This document shows, piece after piece, positions 1 through 12,984 of a stretch of 64,000 bases of DNA. Both the position numbers and the translations under genes were made by a program. Below the pieces are notes generated by a model. It had not been told where the DNA came from. It searched no databases and saw only the letters and a program-made list of their open reading frames with translations. Source of the stretch: Geosiphon pyriformis uo1. Taxonomy: Eukaryota > Fungi > Glomeromycota. The stretch spans positions 582,697 through 646,696 of the forward strand of contig JAAOMT010000046.1 of assembly GCA_016748015.1 (NCBI GenBank), read 5' to 3'. The stretch's first letter is position 1. The number at the start of each line of letters is the position of its first letter.

Positions 1-1330
1 TTACCTTGTTAAATGATAATAATGGACATGGAAAAATTAATGCCAGTTTGAAAATTGCCCAGAAGGTTTTTATTGATGGTAGTATATGGAAAGCACAAAG
101 AATTTGATATCTTGCAAAGTATTGGTTGCTTAATAATAAGCTTCCAATATTAAAACATGGAAAACACCAAAAAACAATTAGAATAATTGATGATGAAGAC
201 ATTGCAAAAAGATGTCATATTTGAATTAGAAACCAAAACTTCAATGCCACTCCAGCCACATTTAAAAAATTCATTAAGCATGAATTGTTTCCTAATATTG
301 GAATAATGAAAGAAAAAACTATTAGTCTTACAACTGCAGTAAGATGGCTCAAAATTCTTGGTTATTCATTCCAACAACATTATCAAGGCTTATATTATGA
401 TGGACATGAAAGAAATGATGTCTTGCAATCTCGAAAAGAATTTTTAGAAAAAATATTTGAGCATGAAAAATATATGTCAAAGTATGAAGGTGAATTTATG
501 GATCGAATACGTCCTAACTTACTTAATGGAAAGAAAGAAAGAGTTCTTGTAGTCCATGATGAATGCATTTTTTATTCAAATGATGGCAAGCGTGGCATAT
601 GGGCTGAACATGGAAATTTGCCACTAAGAAAAAAAGGAAATGGAAGATCAATCATGATCAGTGAATTTCTAACTGAAATTTACGTTTACAACAAAATGAT
701 ATAGAAAACAATTCTAATATACCGGAAGAGGCATGATGCTATTTGCAACCTGGTATAAATCAAGATGGTTATTGGACAGCAGACCATCTTCTTAAACAAA
801 TTAAATGTAAAGCAATTCCAATTTTTGAGAAATTATATCCGGACTGTACAGCTGTATTTGCTTTCGATAATAGCTCTAATCATGCAGCATTTAGTAAAGA
901 TGCTTTAATTGCAAGCAGAATGAATTTAAGTTCAGGTGGAAAGCAATCATTGATGCGAGATACTTCTTTTGGATTAGATAATCAATTACAATCGATGATC
1001 TTCCCAGAAACATATTCAGACGAAAAACTTCGAGGATTGCCTAAAGGAATTAAACAAGTATTNNNNNNNNNNNNNNNNNNNNATTAGTAGAATATGCTAT
1101 AAAAAAGTATAAATCTCATAGAAGAATTCCAGATAATATTTTTGAAGAATTAGACAAATTATATAATATTCAAACTTTGTAATACTGTATTTGGTTTTAT
1201 ATTATATAAAATTTAATAAAATTTTATTTTTTATTATAAATAATATATTAAAAACACATGTATATTAACCAATAAAATTTAATTATATAAATAAAAACAC
1301 GTGAGGATCATCATTTAAAATTTCGGACTG
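1..1330 (+). mobile_element. Decayed IS630/Tc1/mariner-like DDE DNA transposon, 5' end outside the window and spanning the N gap
   Basis: ORFs 285-704 and 743-1062 carry VHDECIFYSND..GRSIMISEFL and AVFAFDNSSNH motifs typical of fungal DDE transposases. After the gap the C-terminal motif KKYKSHRRIP is readable (~1100-1130). In-frame TGA stops and a frameshift near 680. Putative terminal repeat ends ...tttcggactg at 1330, followed by Gypsy integrase sequence. Confidence 0.75.
1063..1082. other. Assembly gap (20 N)
   Basis: Run of N. Confidence 1.
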
Positions 1331-1739
1331 ATCTACATTTTTGATGATTATAAATGGTTTGCATCATAGAGTGGAAAATTTGAACATAAATAAGATAGAC
1401 TATTTTATATCCACAAAATTTTAGGCAATAAATTATACAAGTTAAGACTGAATGACAAAGTACTAGCAAAAGTTGTACATAGAGATCAATTGAAACATTA
1501 TTATTCCAGAAACAATCTTAAATCATTAATTTCACAAATTAATATACATTCCCCTTTAATTAATTCTGAAGATATTTCTTGAAATTTAGAACCAATAGTT
1601 ATAATAGAACAACAACCAAACTTGAACATTTAATTTAACATTTTTATAATAATCCCTTTAAAATACACAAAACATAAAAACAAAAATAATAAATAATTAC
1701 AAGAAATACTCAAATCCAAAAACAAATAAAAACTCTATA

Positions 1740-2490
1740 TCCTAAAAATAATTTTTTTTATTCTTTTTTTTTTAAATTTTACTTATTAATTAGTCATTGT
1801 ATTATAATTATTCCTCAAAATATTCAACAAATATTCCAAAAATTAATGTTAGTTTTAAAAACACTTCCTAACTTATCCATAATAATTAATAAAAGTTAAA
1901 TTAATTACACACAAAAAAAAACCATAACACTAGTAATAAATAATTCTCAGAATTATCACTCTTATAGAAAAAAACAAAAAATTACTTTGAAAATTAATTA
2001 CCAGAACTTTTGAAACAAGCACTAAAAAAAAACCTTTTATTTGTCCATATGAACATTCCACCAAATACCACAATTCAACAAAAACTTCTACTATTTTTTA
2101 ATAAACAAAACAATGAATATACCCTTATTCATAGATATTTTTATATTAAAAAAACACTTTATGAATGAAAACTGGAACTTAAAGCAACAAACATCACTCC
2201 TAAAGCTATACAAAAACAAATTCACAATGAATTCAAGACAGTAGCTAGACCAATAAACACTCATTACAAACTTAGAGCAGTATTTAGACTCTATAATTTA
2301 TTCAACACTTGTGAAAACATCTTACAAAATCCAATACTTTATCCAATAAAGATTCAATATATTGGAAAGTTTACAGAACTGAAATTTCAACAATTTTCAG
2401 ACCAGATTACTTCAATTATTTTGGACTATTATTTTAACATCACAGATAGTGCTTGAATTTCAATGGAACTCAGTCTTGAGAAGAAAATTA
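1740..2490 (+). pseudogene. Family A ORF3 remnant (unknown function; start approximate)
   Basis: Stop-interrupted translation HRYFYIKKTLYE*KLELK...LRAVFRLYNLFNTCENILQNPILYPIKIQYIGKFTELKFQQF, with the same residue pattern as ORF3 of families B and D. Confidence 0.55.
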
Positions 2491-4255
2491 TGTTACCAAT
2501 AGAATTTTAGCTATTAATTAACATGAAATTATTCTCATAATTTTTATTATTAATTAGCATATACTATTATCATTTCAATTATCACTTATTATTTAATCAA
2601 ATTATCAAATATTATTACTTAATTAATAACCCAATTTGTACTATAGAAATTAAGATGATCAAATTACACAATACTTTGAACCATTTAATATAGTCAAAAT
2701 TTGCCAAAATTGATAAAAAATTGGCCGAAATAATTAATAATTTGTAAAAATAACTTGTAGTTTACTGAAATGTATCTTTAGTTTACTAAAATTAGAGCAA
2801 AGAGAAAAATGCAAGTTTAAAGACTAGTACTACAACAAATTATATAAAAAAAAAGCTTTTTTCTTCAAGAAAATATATCTTCTCATAGTATTTTATCATA
2901 GTATGTTACTTTAGATATCTTAATTAGAACAAATTATCTTTTACATATCTCAAATAAAAATTAAATATTCAAAAACCAAATCCTTTAAAATTATTACACT
3001 TGAAATTTTTTCAACACAACTAATATTTTGAAATTAATTAGCTACTAATTTCAGTAATCTGTTAGTGATTTCAGGTCTGAATAAAAAACGTTTCTCTTAA
3101 CAGAATTCTATTTTTTTTACATTTTTTTTATTTTATTTTATTTTATTTTCTTATTATAATCATTAGAATAGCCTATAAATAAGATTTCTGTAGAAGAGTT
3201 GACTTTTATAACAAAGTAACTACACATTTTAGTAAGCTTTTAAACAAGCAATTCTTGGAAAAGAGTTGACATTTACTACAATGTAACTACATAAAGTAAC
3301 TGGCACAGAATTGGCTATTCTACTTATAAGCCCAGTAGTTCAAATTATAAGAAATAATTTGAAAATAAATTCAGTTATTGAAGGTTCAACTGCTTCTAAA
3401 AAATATTGTTACAGGTGATTATTTGGGGTTTCAAAGCAAATAACAAATCCATAACTTGGTGCTCAATTGATATAATGATGTTGGTTTCTAAAGATTTTCA
3501 TAACTTAAAGGTTTTGGGTTAAGTTCTTTGTATAATAAACAGAAATTTAATGGTATGTAATTTTTTAGTAATGAGTTTCTCAATTTCTGTTTTCAGCTTG
3601 GTGGCCAGTTTATTCTGGCAGTCGTGTCCTTCTGGTAAGCTATCTGTTAATATATATATAATTCTACTCTTATTTCTGGGTCTTTTATCAGACTATTTAT
3701 GATGTTAATAATTTAACACTTTAATTTTTTTAATCAATTAGTACAACAACAAGAAATAACAAAGAAAAATAAAAGAAAATAAAGAAATAAACCAAGGCAA
3801 TAAATGTTAATATTCCATCAATAGCCATAATCAAGAGCTATTGTTTCAGTATGATTAAGTATCAATTACTATCAACATGAAGTGTTAATAGTAAAAAGTA
3901 GATTTGAGATATTGAATAATTATTTATTAATATTTGTGATGTAAAAGGTTGCTTATATCAAATCTAAACTGAGAGATCTGTCTTTTTTTTTTAATATTAC
4001 TGTTATATATACATAATTAATGTTCTACAAGATCGCTCACATTCCTAAGTGATGTGCTATGATTTTTTGAGCAATATGTCATAATTTCTAATATTGCTCC
4101 ACATTGTTGAGCAATGTGCTTATGTACTAGCTACTACTCTTCTATTGGTCTACTATTTTCTATATCTGTTTTTTTTTTATGAGTAACAACATAAAAGTAG
4201 TAACAGACAGACATTAACAATATTTAAGAAAAGAGACTAAAAACCTTTGGTAACA
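2491..4255 (+). repeat. Family A 3' LTR, interrupted by a solo LTR at 3407-4188
   Basis: TGT...ACA ends. Colinear with 29050-30019 once 3407-4192 is removed. Confidence 0.9.
3407..4188 (-). mobile_element. Solo LTR related to family B
   Basis: TGTTACAGG...GAGTAACA ends, similar to LTRs 11368-12277 and 20702-21612. Flanks atat/acat; the uninterrupted A LTR has acgt at this site. Confidence 0.85.
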
Positions 4256-4500
4256 TCAGCAACAGACTTTTTAGACTTCTTATAAGATGCATCACAAGAG
4301 TAAATGCTGTTCACACATTTTTTTTAGTGCTCAATTAGGTCCTCAAACCAGTCAAATCAGAGCCAGAAACACCAGCAATCATTTTTGCTGGTTTTATTGC
4401 AATAAAATTAGGCATGTTTGAAGAAATAACTGATAAAAAAAAGGGAAAAAGAAGAAAAAAAAAAGCTAAAACTTCAAAAAAAAAAAATTTCACTCTCATT
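4256..4500 (-). pseudogene. 5' fragment of an older LINE ORF1
   Basis: Minus strand reads MPNFIAIKPAKMIAGVSGSDLTGLRT*LSTKKKCVNSIYSCDASYKKSKKSVA after a T-rich leader. It resembles LINE ORF1 N-termini of this type (recollection plus compositional similarity to 5269ff). Confidence 0.45.
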
Positions 4501-5268
4501 ATAGCCAAAAAATTGACAAGAAAAAGTTTTTTGCTAATTTTTTAATTTACATTATAATATTAGAAAAAAAGTTTTTAATATAATATTAATATTATTATAT
4601 AAATAAAATTAAGAAATTTATAAGAGATTAATCATAATTAAAATAAGATATTAATATTTAATATATTAAAAAAACTATTCTATAATAATACTACAAAGTA
4701 ATTATATGTTTAATAATGTTTTTACTCAAAAAAAAAGGCTTAAAAATTAGTATTTTATTATAATCTATGTTATTAAAATTTACTTTAAACTTAAAATATA
4801 CAATGATTTTAAAAATACCAACCAAAAAATTAGCAAAGTTATTTATAATATTCTTTATAGAAAGCAAATTTTTCTTTATTTGAAGTTTTTTACCAGTATT
4901 TTTATTCAAAAAAATAAGAATCAAAGCAATCAAAAAGCCAATAAACTTAATAACAAATTTTATCAAAACAATCAAACTTAAAATTTAAGTTTCAAAAAAT
5001 TTAATTTAGATTTAATAACAAAATTAACAATAAATATTACTAAAAAGACAGCAAAAAGAGAAATCAAAAAAGTAAAGTCTTAATATAAAATTTTTTACCA
5101 ACTAAAATTAACATAAAAAATTTAAAATTAATAAAAAACTTAAAAAACAAAAAATTTCTTTCTCTTGTACATCCAAAATTCCCCAAAGAGCACAATTTTG
5201 AAAGAAGTTTTTTTTGTTTTTTCTGTCTGTTTTATTTCACCATTTCTTTTATACATAACCCATTTGTT

Positions 5269-7155
5269 GTGGATATGGAAGCTGCTTCTAGTGGCAGTTC
5301 GTCAAGTTCGAAGGCTCCCTTGGGTGCTTTTTTTGGTTCTACTGGTGGCTCCTTTTCACAAAAAAAAAGAGTTTCTCTTTGCAATGTCAAGCATTTTGGT
5401 ATTAAAGGTGGTGTTTCTTTGGCCAAACCTCATTCTGATGAGGGCATGTACTCTGATATGGAAAGTGATTTTAGTAATAGTTTTGTTGATGACATTTTGG
5501 TTGGTAGTAGTAATAAGTCTTTTCTTGGGTTGGCTGCTACAACTCCTAAGGCAAAGAGAGTTAAAAATGATTTGGCATGTAGTTCTCTTCTTGGTTCTCT
5601 GGATTATGACATGGCTGATGATAATGATGGTTTCCTCCTTCTCCCTCTTGGTATTTCTTTGGAAAAAAAGTGGTTAGATCCCAAAATAGTCAAAACTTAG
5701 GTGGAAGTTGCTGTGAAAAAATCTTTTGCTCTGAACATTAATCTTTTAGCTGTAGAAGGCAAATCGGCTATGGCCAAAACTCAAGTCATCAGAAAATTAT
5801 TTTCGAAAATCAATGGTTTTGGGGGGGCCACTACCCTCTCAAAATTTGAAGAGATCATCAGATTAATGTTTACTTCATCAGAGAGCATAGAAAAAGCCGT
5901 TTTATTGGCCAGAGAAAATAACGTCATAGTAAACAGCAATCTTAAGAGACAAGAAATTTGCTCAGATCAGGCTGTAGTAATCAAGAAAATTCCCATGGAC
6001 ATGCCAAAAGAAATAATAGTCACCACAGTATCCAAGTTTGGTCAAGTGGTGTCAATCTGATTGCAACTCATTAAGCTGTGGCAGAAGGCTGTGGTGGAGT
6101 TTGCTGAATTGAGTCAGGCAGATTGGCTGGCAGCTAAGTGGTCTTTTTTGATTGGGAAAGATTCAGTGTGTGTGGCCAAGGCTGTGGGGGATTGTGAGAC
6201 ATGAGTATCTAGAGATTGGTATAGGGTGCTTTTGTTTACTTTGCCGGTGGGAACAACAGTTCATGATCTTGGTGATCTTTTGACAGGAACTGGTGGGAAA
6301 ACTTGCATCATAAATCATTCCTTAGACACTGGTAACAGAGTTTGTTGTGCTGTGGTTTGTTTTGAGAATGATGAGGTGTTGGAGTCTGTGTTTTGTACGG
6401 AGCATATTTTTGGTGGGGTGAGACTTTTTTGGGCTAGATTGGACTTGGTTCGGTGTGAATGGTATGGGAAACTTGGTTATTCTGTTCTAGAGTATAATGC
6501 TGAGATTTCAACTCCTCCTAAACTTTCCAAGTTATTTAAAAGGGTTGTCTCTGATGAGGACCGCCTTCAGTTGGCCAAGCTGTATGTGAAAAAGAGTGTG
6601 TCTATTTCTCAACCAGCTGCATTTGGCGGCAGATCATGGGCCCAGGTTGTCTCTCTGATATCTTTATCTAATAGTCCTCACTTTGGTTTTAGTTCTGGTT
6701 TTGGCTTCTCTTCTGATGCCTCAGGTGTGGTTGGTTACTCGTCTCCTGTGGTTCCTGTTTATTCATTTTTGGAGACTTGTCTTGCTTCTTTGGAACGTTC
6801 TTTGGAACTTTTCACAGATAGGGTGTCTGGTATTGTAAACAAGCTTGACAATTTAAACTTGGTGCCCATGGCTCTCACCTCCTCTTCTCAGCCCTTGGTT
6901 ATCCCTGTTATGGCAAATGTAGAATTTGGTTCAGATATGGTTCTGGATAATTCTAAGTCTGTGGTTCTTCCCCTCTCTTCAGTTTCCTCTGGTGTCTTGA
7001 ATTTGGGTTCGAGTAGTTCAAAAATTTTGACTTCAAAAGTGGGCTGTTTGGAGTTGAAGTTGATGGCTCTCGAAGCTTTGGTTTGTTTAGTATTGGAGAA
7101 GTTAGATCAGATGTGTGCTGGCTCAGGTTCTGCAGTCTCTTCTTTATTTCAATAA
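5269..7155 (+). pseudogene. LINE ORF1 (gag-like nucleic-acid binding protein) with premature stops
   Basis: Same-frame ORF pieces 5269-5700, 5701-6060 and 6226-7155. RRM-like segment, decayed CxxC..H..C knuckle (RCEWYGKLGYSVLEY), coiled-coil-like C-terminus. Confidence 0.8.
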
Positions 7156-10100
7156 ACAGTTTGGTTTGAAGAATTGCGATGTGTAATATGAGGGACATGA
7201 ACATTCCTGCCAAACAGGATGATGTAGTTGGATGACACATGGATTCTGGAAATGACATTTCTATCATTACAGAGACAAAGTTAAAATCTGGCATTAAGCC
7301 ATGGATCATGAATAAGTTCCCTGATGTTCATATTTTTACATCAGGGCTTGATACAGATTCTTCTGGTGCTGGCATGGGTGTTATTATGAACTTTTCTGTG
7401 GCTCAGCATGTTTTAAAGATCGATAAAATTCCTGGTTAGTTGATTTCAATTAGGTTTTTGTTTAAGGGCAAACTTTTAGTTACAATCATAGGTATATATG
7501 CAGGTGCGTCTGCTAGTGTGCATTTTGGTTAGGCTCTTGCTGTCAACTCCTTGATTACTAGTGCTATCAACTCAAGCTCTTTTGTTGTCTTGGGTGGAGA
7601 CTTCAATAAATCAGATACCAAGAAAAGTGCTAGTCTCAAGAAATATGCAGATTTGGGTCTTGTTAACTCTTTCAAAGGACATTTTTTGGCTAGTTCACTT
7701 ATGTGAAGCAACTCCAGAGATATAGAAAAAATTATTGATTATATTTTTGTTAGTGAAAACTTAGCTTTTGCTCTGATGAAGTAGGACATTGGTGTGGTTA
7801 TGGAGTTTTTCAACACAGATCATAAGATGATTTCAGTTTCAATTGGATTAAAGAGTCTTCTTGATGCTCAGCTAAACAGTATTTGCAAACAGGCCAACAG
7901 AAACAGATGGAAGTTTGACTTTAAGGATGCTGACCCTTTCAAATGGTTATGGTTTAAGGATAATGTGTCTGCTGCTCTGTTTTTGGTCATAGGCAGTTTT
8001 TTGAGTGCTAAAGTTCTCAGTAATCTGGATGAGATGTGGGATGTGTTGTGTGGAATTATGGTAAGAGCCACTGATGCTACATTTTCTAGGCACTGGTTTA
8101 GTGAATTTGACTGTTCAAAAAACAGACATTCATCAAGGTTCCTTGGACTTGAATTGTTGGTGGCTAAGGTCATCAAGAGTTTAAATACAGGTGATAAGCA
8201 TAAGTGTGATTGTCTGATCAAGAGGTGGTTTCTGGTTGATTATAAAGAGGCTTTCAAGTTTGATTTTTTGGTTCAAAATGGGGCTAATTTGGTAGAGGTG
8301 TTCAAGCATCTATCTCAGGTTAGGAAGTGTTATAAGAAGTTTAAGTATTATGAATTCAGAGTGGCAAGAGATACAGCAATTCAAAGTGCTATCAATAAAT
8401 GCATGAAGAATTTCAGTTTTAACAAAGGTGGTATAATTAGGAGTATTTTGGAGCGGTCTTTTCATAAGATTGTTTTGGACCACTTGGTCATAGGTAATGA
8501 ACTGGTTTTGGATCCAATTGAGGTGAAAAGCAGGGTTGATAGTATTATGGTTAACTAGACAAGAGAGCATATGTCACCTTTAGTGATGCCCTCCAGGTGG
8601 ACCCACCAATATGTGCTTTTGGATTATGTAAAAGATGATGCCTTCTCTGATGTTATGAATGACATCCATTTTAGTGAATTGGTGAATGTAATTTTGGATC
8701 TATCTGATGGCAAAGCAGCTGGCCTGTCTGGTATCTCTAATAAGCTATGGAAGTATTGTGGTAATGATATGCTTGAGTGTTTGTTGGGTTTCTTAAATTC
8801 TTGCCTAAATATTGGTGAGGTTCTGGCCCTTTGGAAAAGAGCTTGGGTTTTTATGATCTCCAAACCATATGAATGGGATGGCGTTCTTATGAATACAAGG
8901 CCCATTGCATTAATCGAAACAGTCAGAAAGATACTCTCTAAATTATTGTCTGACTGTATTTTTTTGGCCTGTTCTAGATTTGATGTTCTCTGGAGTGACA
9001 ATTTCTTAGTCCTAAAGGGTACTTCCACTCAATCTCCGGTTTTTGCTGTTGGTTCAATCATAGAAAATGCTCTGGAGAAAAATAGGGAGGTTTGGTTGGT
9101 GTTGCAGGATATGCATAAGATCTATGATTCTGTTGGTTGGCAGCAGTTGGAAGTCAGTTTGAAACAGATCAAAATATGTGGCAGATTTGTGTTGTTTTTT
9201 AGAAACTTACATGTAGGCAAGATTAATAGAGTGATAACTGATTTTGGCCTTTCAGATGGATACTGTGTATTGGATAGTTTGAATTAAGGAGAGGTCTTCT
9301 CTCTTCTCTTGTAGAGGATTTTTTATGATTCTTTGTTGTGTGAGGTTAAGGGTCATGAACATTTATATGGTTACAGAATCAATACCAACTTTGTAGTAAA
9401 ATCTGGCCAAATTGAGTCTAGTGGTGGTCAGTCTTTATTTTTTGCAGCAGGTGCATTTGTGGATAATACTATCTGGATTGGTAATGGTTAAGTGTTGACA
9501 CAACATATCCTGGATATTGTGGGCAAATTTTTTGAGGTTAATGATATTGCAATTAACAGTGAAAAGACTGTGGCAATTTCTATTAACAAAAGGGTTTCGG
9601 ATGTGTCTCTGCATATTAATGGACTATCTATCTCTATTGTTAAACAAGGTGAGGCTCATAAATATCTGAGTATTTTCTTATTGACAGATGGGTTGTCTAA
9701 GCCCAGTTTAGCCAAAGCTCAATCGGATGTTAGGTTCTTTTCCAATATGGTTCTCAGAAAAGCTTTGACAAATAAACAATTTGTGTACTTGGTGTCTTCG
9801 GTCCTGCAACCCATTGTCAGCTATTGCACACAATTCAGCTTTGTTTTTAAGAGTGTCTGCTTGAAATAGGATGTTATGTTGAGGAAAGGTCTCAAATCTA
9901 AAGCAAATTTGTCTTGAGATTTTTCCAGTGAGGCTTTATATCATCCCTTTCTTTATAGTGTGAGAACTTTTGAACAGATCCAGGCTGAAGGGAAGGTGGC
10001 TTTATTGGTTTGGTTCTCAAATACACCTGGTATTCTGGGGCATTTGTTTGAACACCGTTTTTTGGATCTACAAATATTAGGGTGGGCTCCATTAAACCCC

Positions 10101-11367
10101 TTGCAACATCCTGTTAAGTTGAGGGTCAGTTCCTTTAATAATTTTTTCACTGGTATGGTTAGAATTTTTTTGGACAATGATATATATTTGGCCAACAATT
10201 TGCCTTGTGCTTTTCATGGTGCTGGTCACTTCCCTGTGTTGATGATCTTGAGTAGCTTCTTTTATTTTGGTGTGGTCTCTTCTTTAAAGCATTTTGGTGT
10301 TGCCTTTGGTGACAGATTATTGGGCAAAGATGGATCAGTTCTCAGTTAAAGGACTTTTTGCCACTGGAAGAGACTAAGTTCCAGGGGTCCTGTACCCTTG
10401 TGGTACTCTGAAGTTTCTGCATACATGGATGATTACTGTCCTATTTCTGGTGGTTTGTTCATAGTCTCTGGTGGCTCAAACTTTTTTGATTTGGAAAGAT
10501 ATTTGGTTGTTCGGGAATGTTTACATGAATTCTAGTCTGATGCCTTCGCAGTGTATACTGATGGTTTTTTGTCTCATTTGGGCACTGCTAAGGTTGTGAG
10601 TGGGGCTGCAGCTTATTTTCCCGATACTGATGTGGGTATTGGCATTGAGGTCAGTGGGTTGTTTTCTTCTACTATGGCTGAACTTCATGCTGTTGTTCTG
10701 GTACTGGAATGTGTTCCTTTTTCATGTTTGGTTGTTATTAACACCAATAATCAGACTACTATTAATGCATGTGCTTCTGAATTGGGTTTAATTGCTCCTG
10801 ATTTCAGGAACAAATGTTGAATGGAGAGGCATTATATTCACAAATTGATCGAGGATAAGGACCTTTCTGTTGGGTGGGTGAAGGTAAAGGGCCATTTGGG
10901 TGATGCTCACAATGACAAGGCCGATGCTTTGGCTGGGCATACTGCTCACTCCAATTTGTCTCTTCCTATGAGTATTCGGGAAAGATGCATCATGGCTCAT
11001 GGTCAGGTTGTCTTGGGCAATGTTCGACATTTTGTTTGGGATATTTATAGATCTATTTGTCATGCTCAATAGGAGGCTGGTCCTGGCTCTGTGGTGATTG
11101 ATGAAGAGTTGATTGGAAGTGTATGGCTTCAGTTTAGCACCCAGACTCCCACATGCTGTCAGGCTTTATAAGCCGAGCTTCAGCTGTTTTCCGTATCTAC
11201 TTAATAAAAGTGGTCCATAGGAAGTTACCAGTTGTTATTCATAAAAGGTTGTATGATAAATGTTATCCTGGGGTTTTCTGTTTGATGTGTGGTGATGTTG
11301 AATTGTCGGATCATGTGTTTATTTGTCGAAGTAAAGCAACTGTGCATGCTGATATTTTGTTGGGTGG
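7152..11367 (+). pseudogene. LINE ORF2: AP endonuclease, reverse transcriptase, RNase H, C-terminal zinc finger
   Basis: IAMCNMR..ISIITETKL..LGGDFN..IDYIF (APE). GKAAGLSGI..TRPIALIE..QDMHKIYDSV..FVDN (RT). YTDG..AELHA..WVKVKGH..NDKADALA (RNase H). CLMC..H..C finger. Many TGG->TGA/TAG and CAA->TAA stops. Confidence 0.9.
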
Positions 11368-12277
11368 TGTTATAGGTGATTCTTTGGGGTGTTGAGTGAA
11401 TAACAAATCCATAACTTAGTGCTCAAGACAATTGGTGATGATGATAATCTGAAGGTATTTTATCTGAAGGTTTTCCAATTGAGTTCTTTGTATAATGGAC
11501 AGAGATTCAATGGTAATAGTTTATTAGTAGTTTCCTGGCACCGTAGTTTCACCGATTGCTTGCTCAGCTTGATGGTTGATGATTTTCCTGATACGATATC
11601 CTCCATAAGTATATACCAGTGTGGTTTCCTGACATCAGTTCCTCCATAAGTCCTCCAAGAGTAAGTGTTGTTTAAGCAAATTTATTCCTCTATAAGTTCT
11701 CTAAGAATAAGTATTTTTTAGTAAGCTTTATTCCTCCGTAAGTCCTCCAAGAGTAAATCTTTTAATCAAGTTAGTAGACAACAAAGAAAATAAAGAAAGA
11801 TAAAAGAGAAAATAAGAAATAAGCCAAGGTGATTTGCAAGTTAATATCTTGTCAATAGCCATGATCAAGAGTTATTGTTCCAGTATGGTTAAGTATCAGT
11901 TACCATTAACATGAAGTGTTGATAGTAGAGAATGAATTTGATATAGTGAATAATTATTTATTTGAGAATTGTGGTAACTAAGCTAAGAATTCTTGGTGTT
12001 CCTTCTTCTTTTTCTGCTTCTAATACTACTGCTATATATACATATTTAAGATTCTTCAATTTCTCAATTCCTTGCAACAAAAATTCTGGAATTCCTGGAA
12101 TCCTGCGATTTCTAGTGAGAGAAATCCTGCAATTCCTTGTTAGAGAATTCTGAAATTCCTGGAATCTTGCAATTCCTCTGAGAGGAATCTTGGAATTCCA
12201 CATTTACTACATCTACATCTGATTGGCTAATATCTACTAATTAATAATACTATATTTCCTATATTCTATGAATAACA
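11368..12277 (-). repeat. Family B 3' LTR
   Basis: TGTTATAGG...GAATAACA; direct repeat of 20702-21612. Confidence 0.95.
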
Positions 12278-12296
12278 TTATTCTCTCCTTTTAATA

Positions 12297-12950
12297 TTAA
12301 GCTCCGTCAAAATCTAACTTCTTTAATTTCCCTTCTTGAATTATTTCCTGAACTTCTTTTTTGAGTATTACTTGTGTTATTTTAGTTTGTAGTTCTTTAA
12401 ATTGGGCATTAGTCATTTTTTCCAATTGATTACTTGTAACTGTATCCATTGCTGTGTTGAGTAAGATTTCTGGTCGGTCTTGAAATCCCATATATAGCCA
12501 GTAAATGGCTTGAGCTTGTGTGGTTAGATTGTTCTTTCCCACAAATTGTTTTAGTTGTCTCAATATTGTTGTGTTAAATAACCATTTTGTTTTCTTGGTG
12601 TACAAATTCTGGATATTTACGTGTTGTCCCAAGTGGAAATAACAATAGTTTTTCAGAAATTGTTGTGTCCACCAAGTCCATGTTTCTCTGGTAAGTTCTT
12701 GGTGTAATCCGACTATTTGTTGTTCTGTTATGGCCAATTTTATTTTGGTCATAATCTTGTCAACAACATTTTCAAGTCTTTTCTGTGTTTTGTTTTGTGG
12801 TATCTTTGCCATTTTTTTGTAACAAATAGTTTGTTGATTGATTGTAATTTCCATCTTCTGGTGTTAGATTAATTGAAAAATTTGTTGGGTTAGTGAATAG
12901 ATATTGTCCATAATTTTCATTTTTCTGATCTCTTCTGTCATGTCAACCAT
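12297..12950 (-). CDS. Family B ORF3, unknown function (not env-like)
   Basis: 185-aa open frame 12297-12854, extendable in frame to an ATG at 12950 through one TAA. Homologous to family D ORF3. Confidence 0.7.
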
Positions 12951-12984
12951 ATTCTTATATATTCTTTTGTCAATCAATTGGATA

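Larger units (their letters stand above)
1331..4255 (+). mobile_element. Ty3/Gypsy family A, 3' portion: integrase C-terminus, degenerate ORF3, PPT, 3' LTR
   Basis: 1340-1620 translates to a decayed GPF/Y-type integrase tail (SGKFEHK*DRLFYIHKILGNKLYKLR...LEPIVIIEQ). A purine tract precedes TGTTACC at 2491. The LTR ends ...GGTAACA at 4255 and aligns with the solo LTR at 29050-30019. Confidence 0.85.

Noticed and set aside
5269-11367. Alternative genetic code explaining the many in-frame stops
   Set aside because: Stops are of all three types, replace Trp, Gln or Arg codons by single transitions, and differ between copies of the same family. The host gene exons read normally.
11640-11760. Spaced repeats ataagtcctccaagagtaa that look superficially CRISPR-like
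   Set aside because: Three degenerate tandem units with related spacers inside both B LTRs, eukaryotic context, no cas genes.
11419-12203. Short ORFs inside LTRs and antisense ORFs across TE coding regions
   Set aside because: Not conserved as open frames between LTR copies; shadow ORFs.
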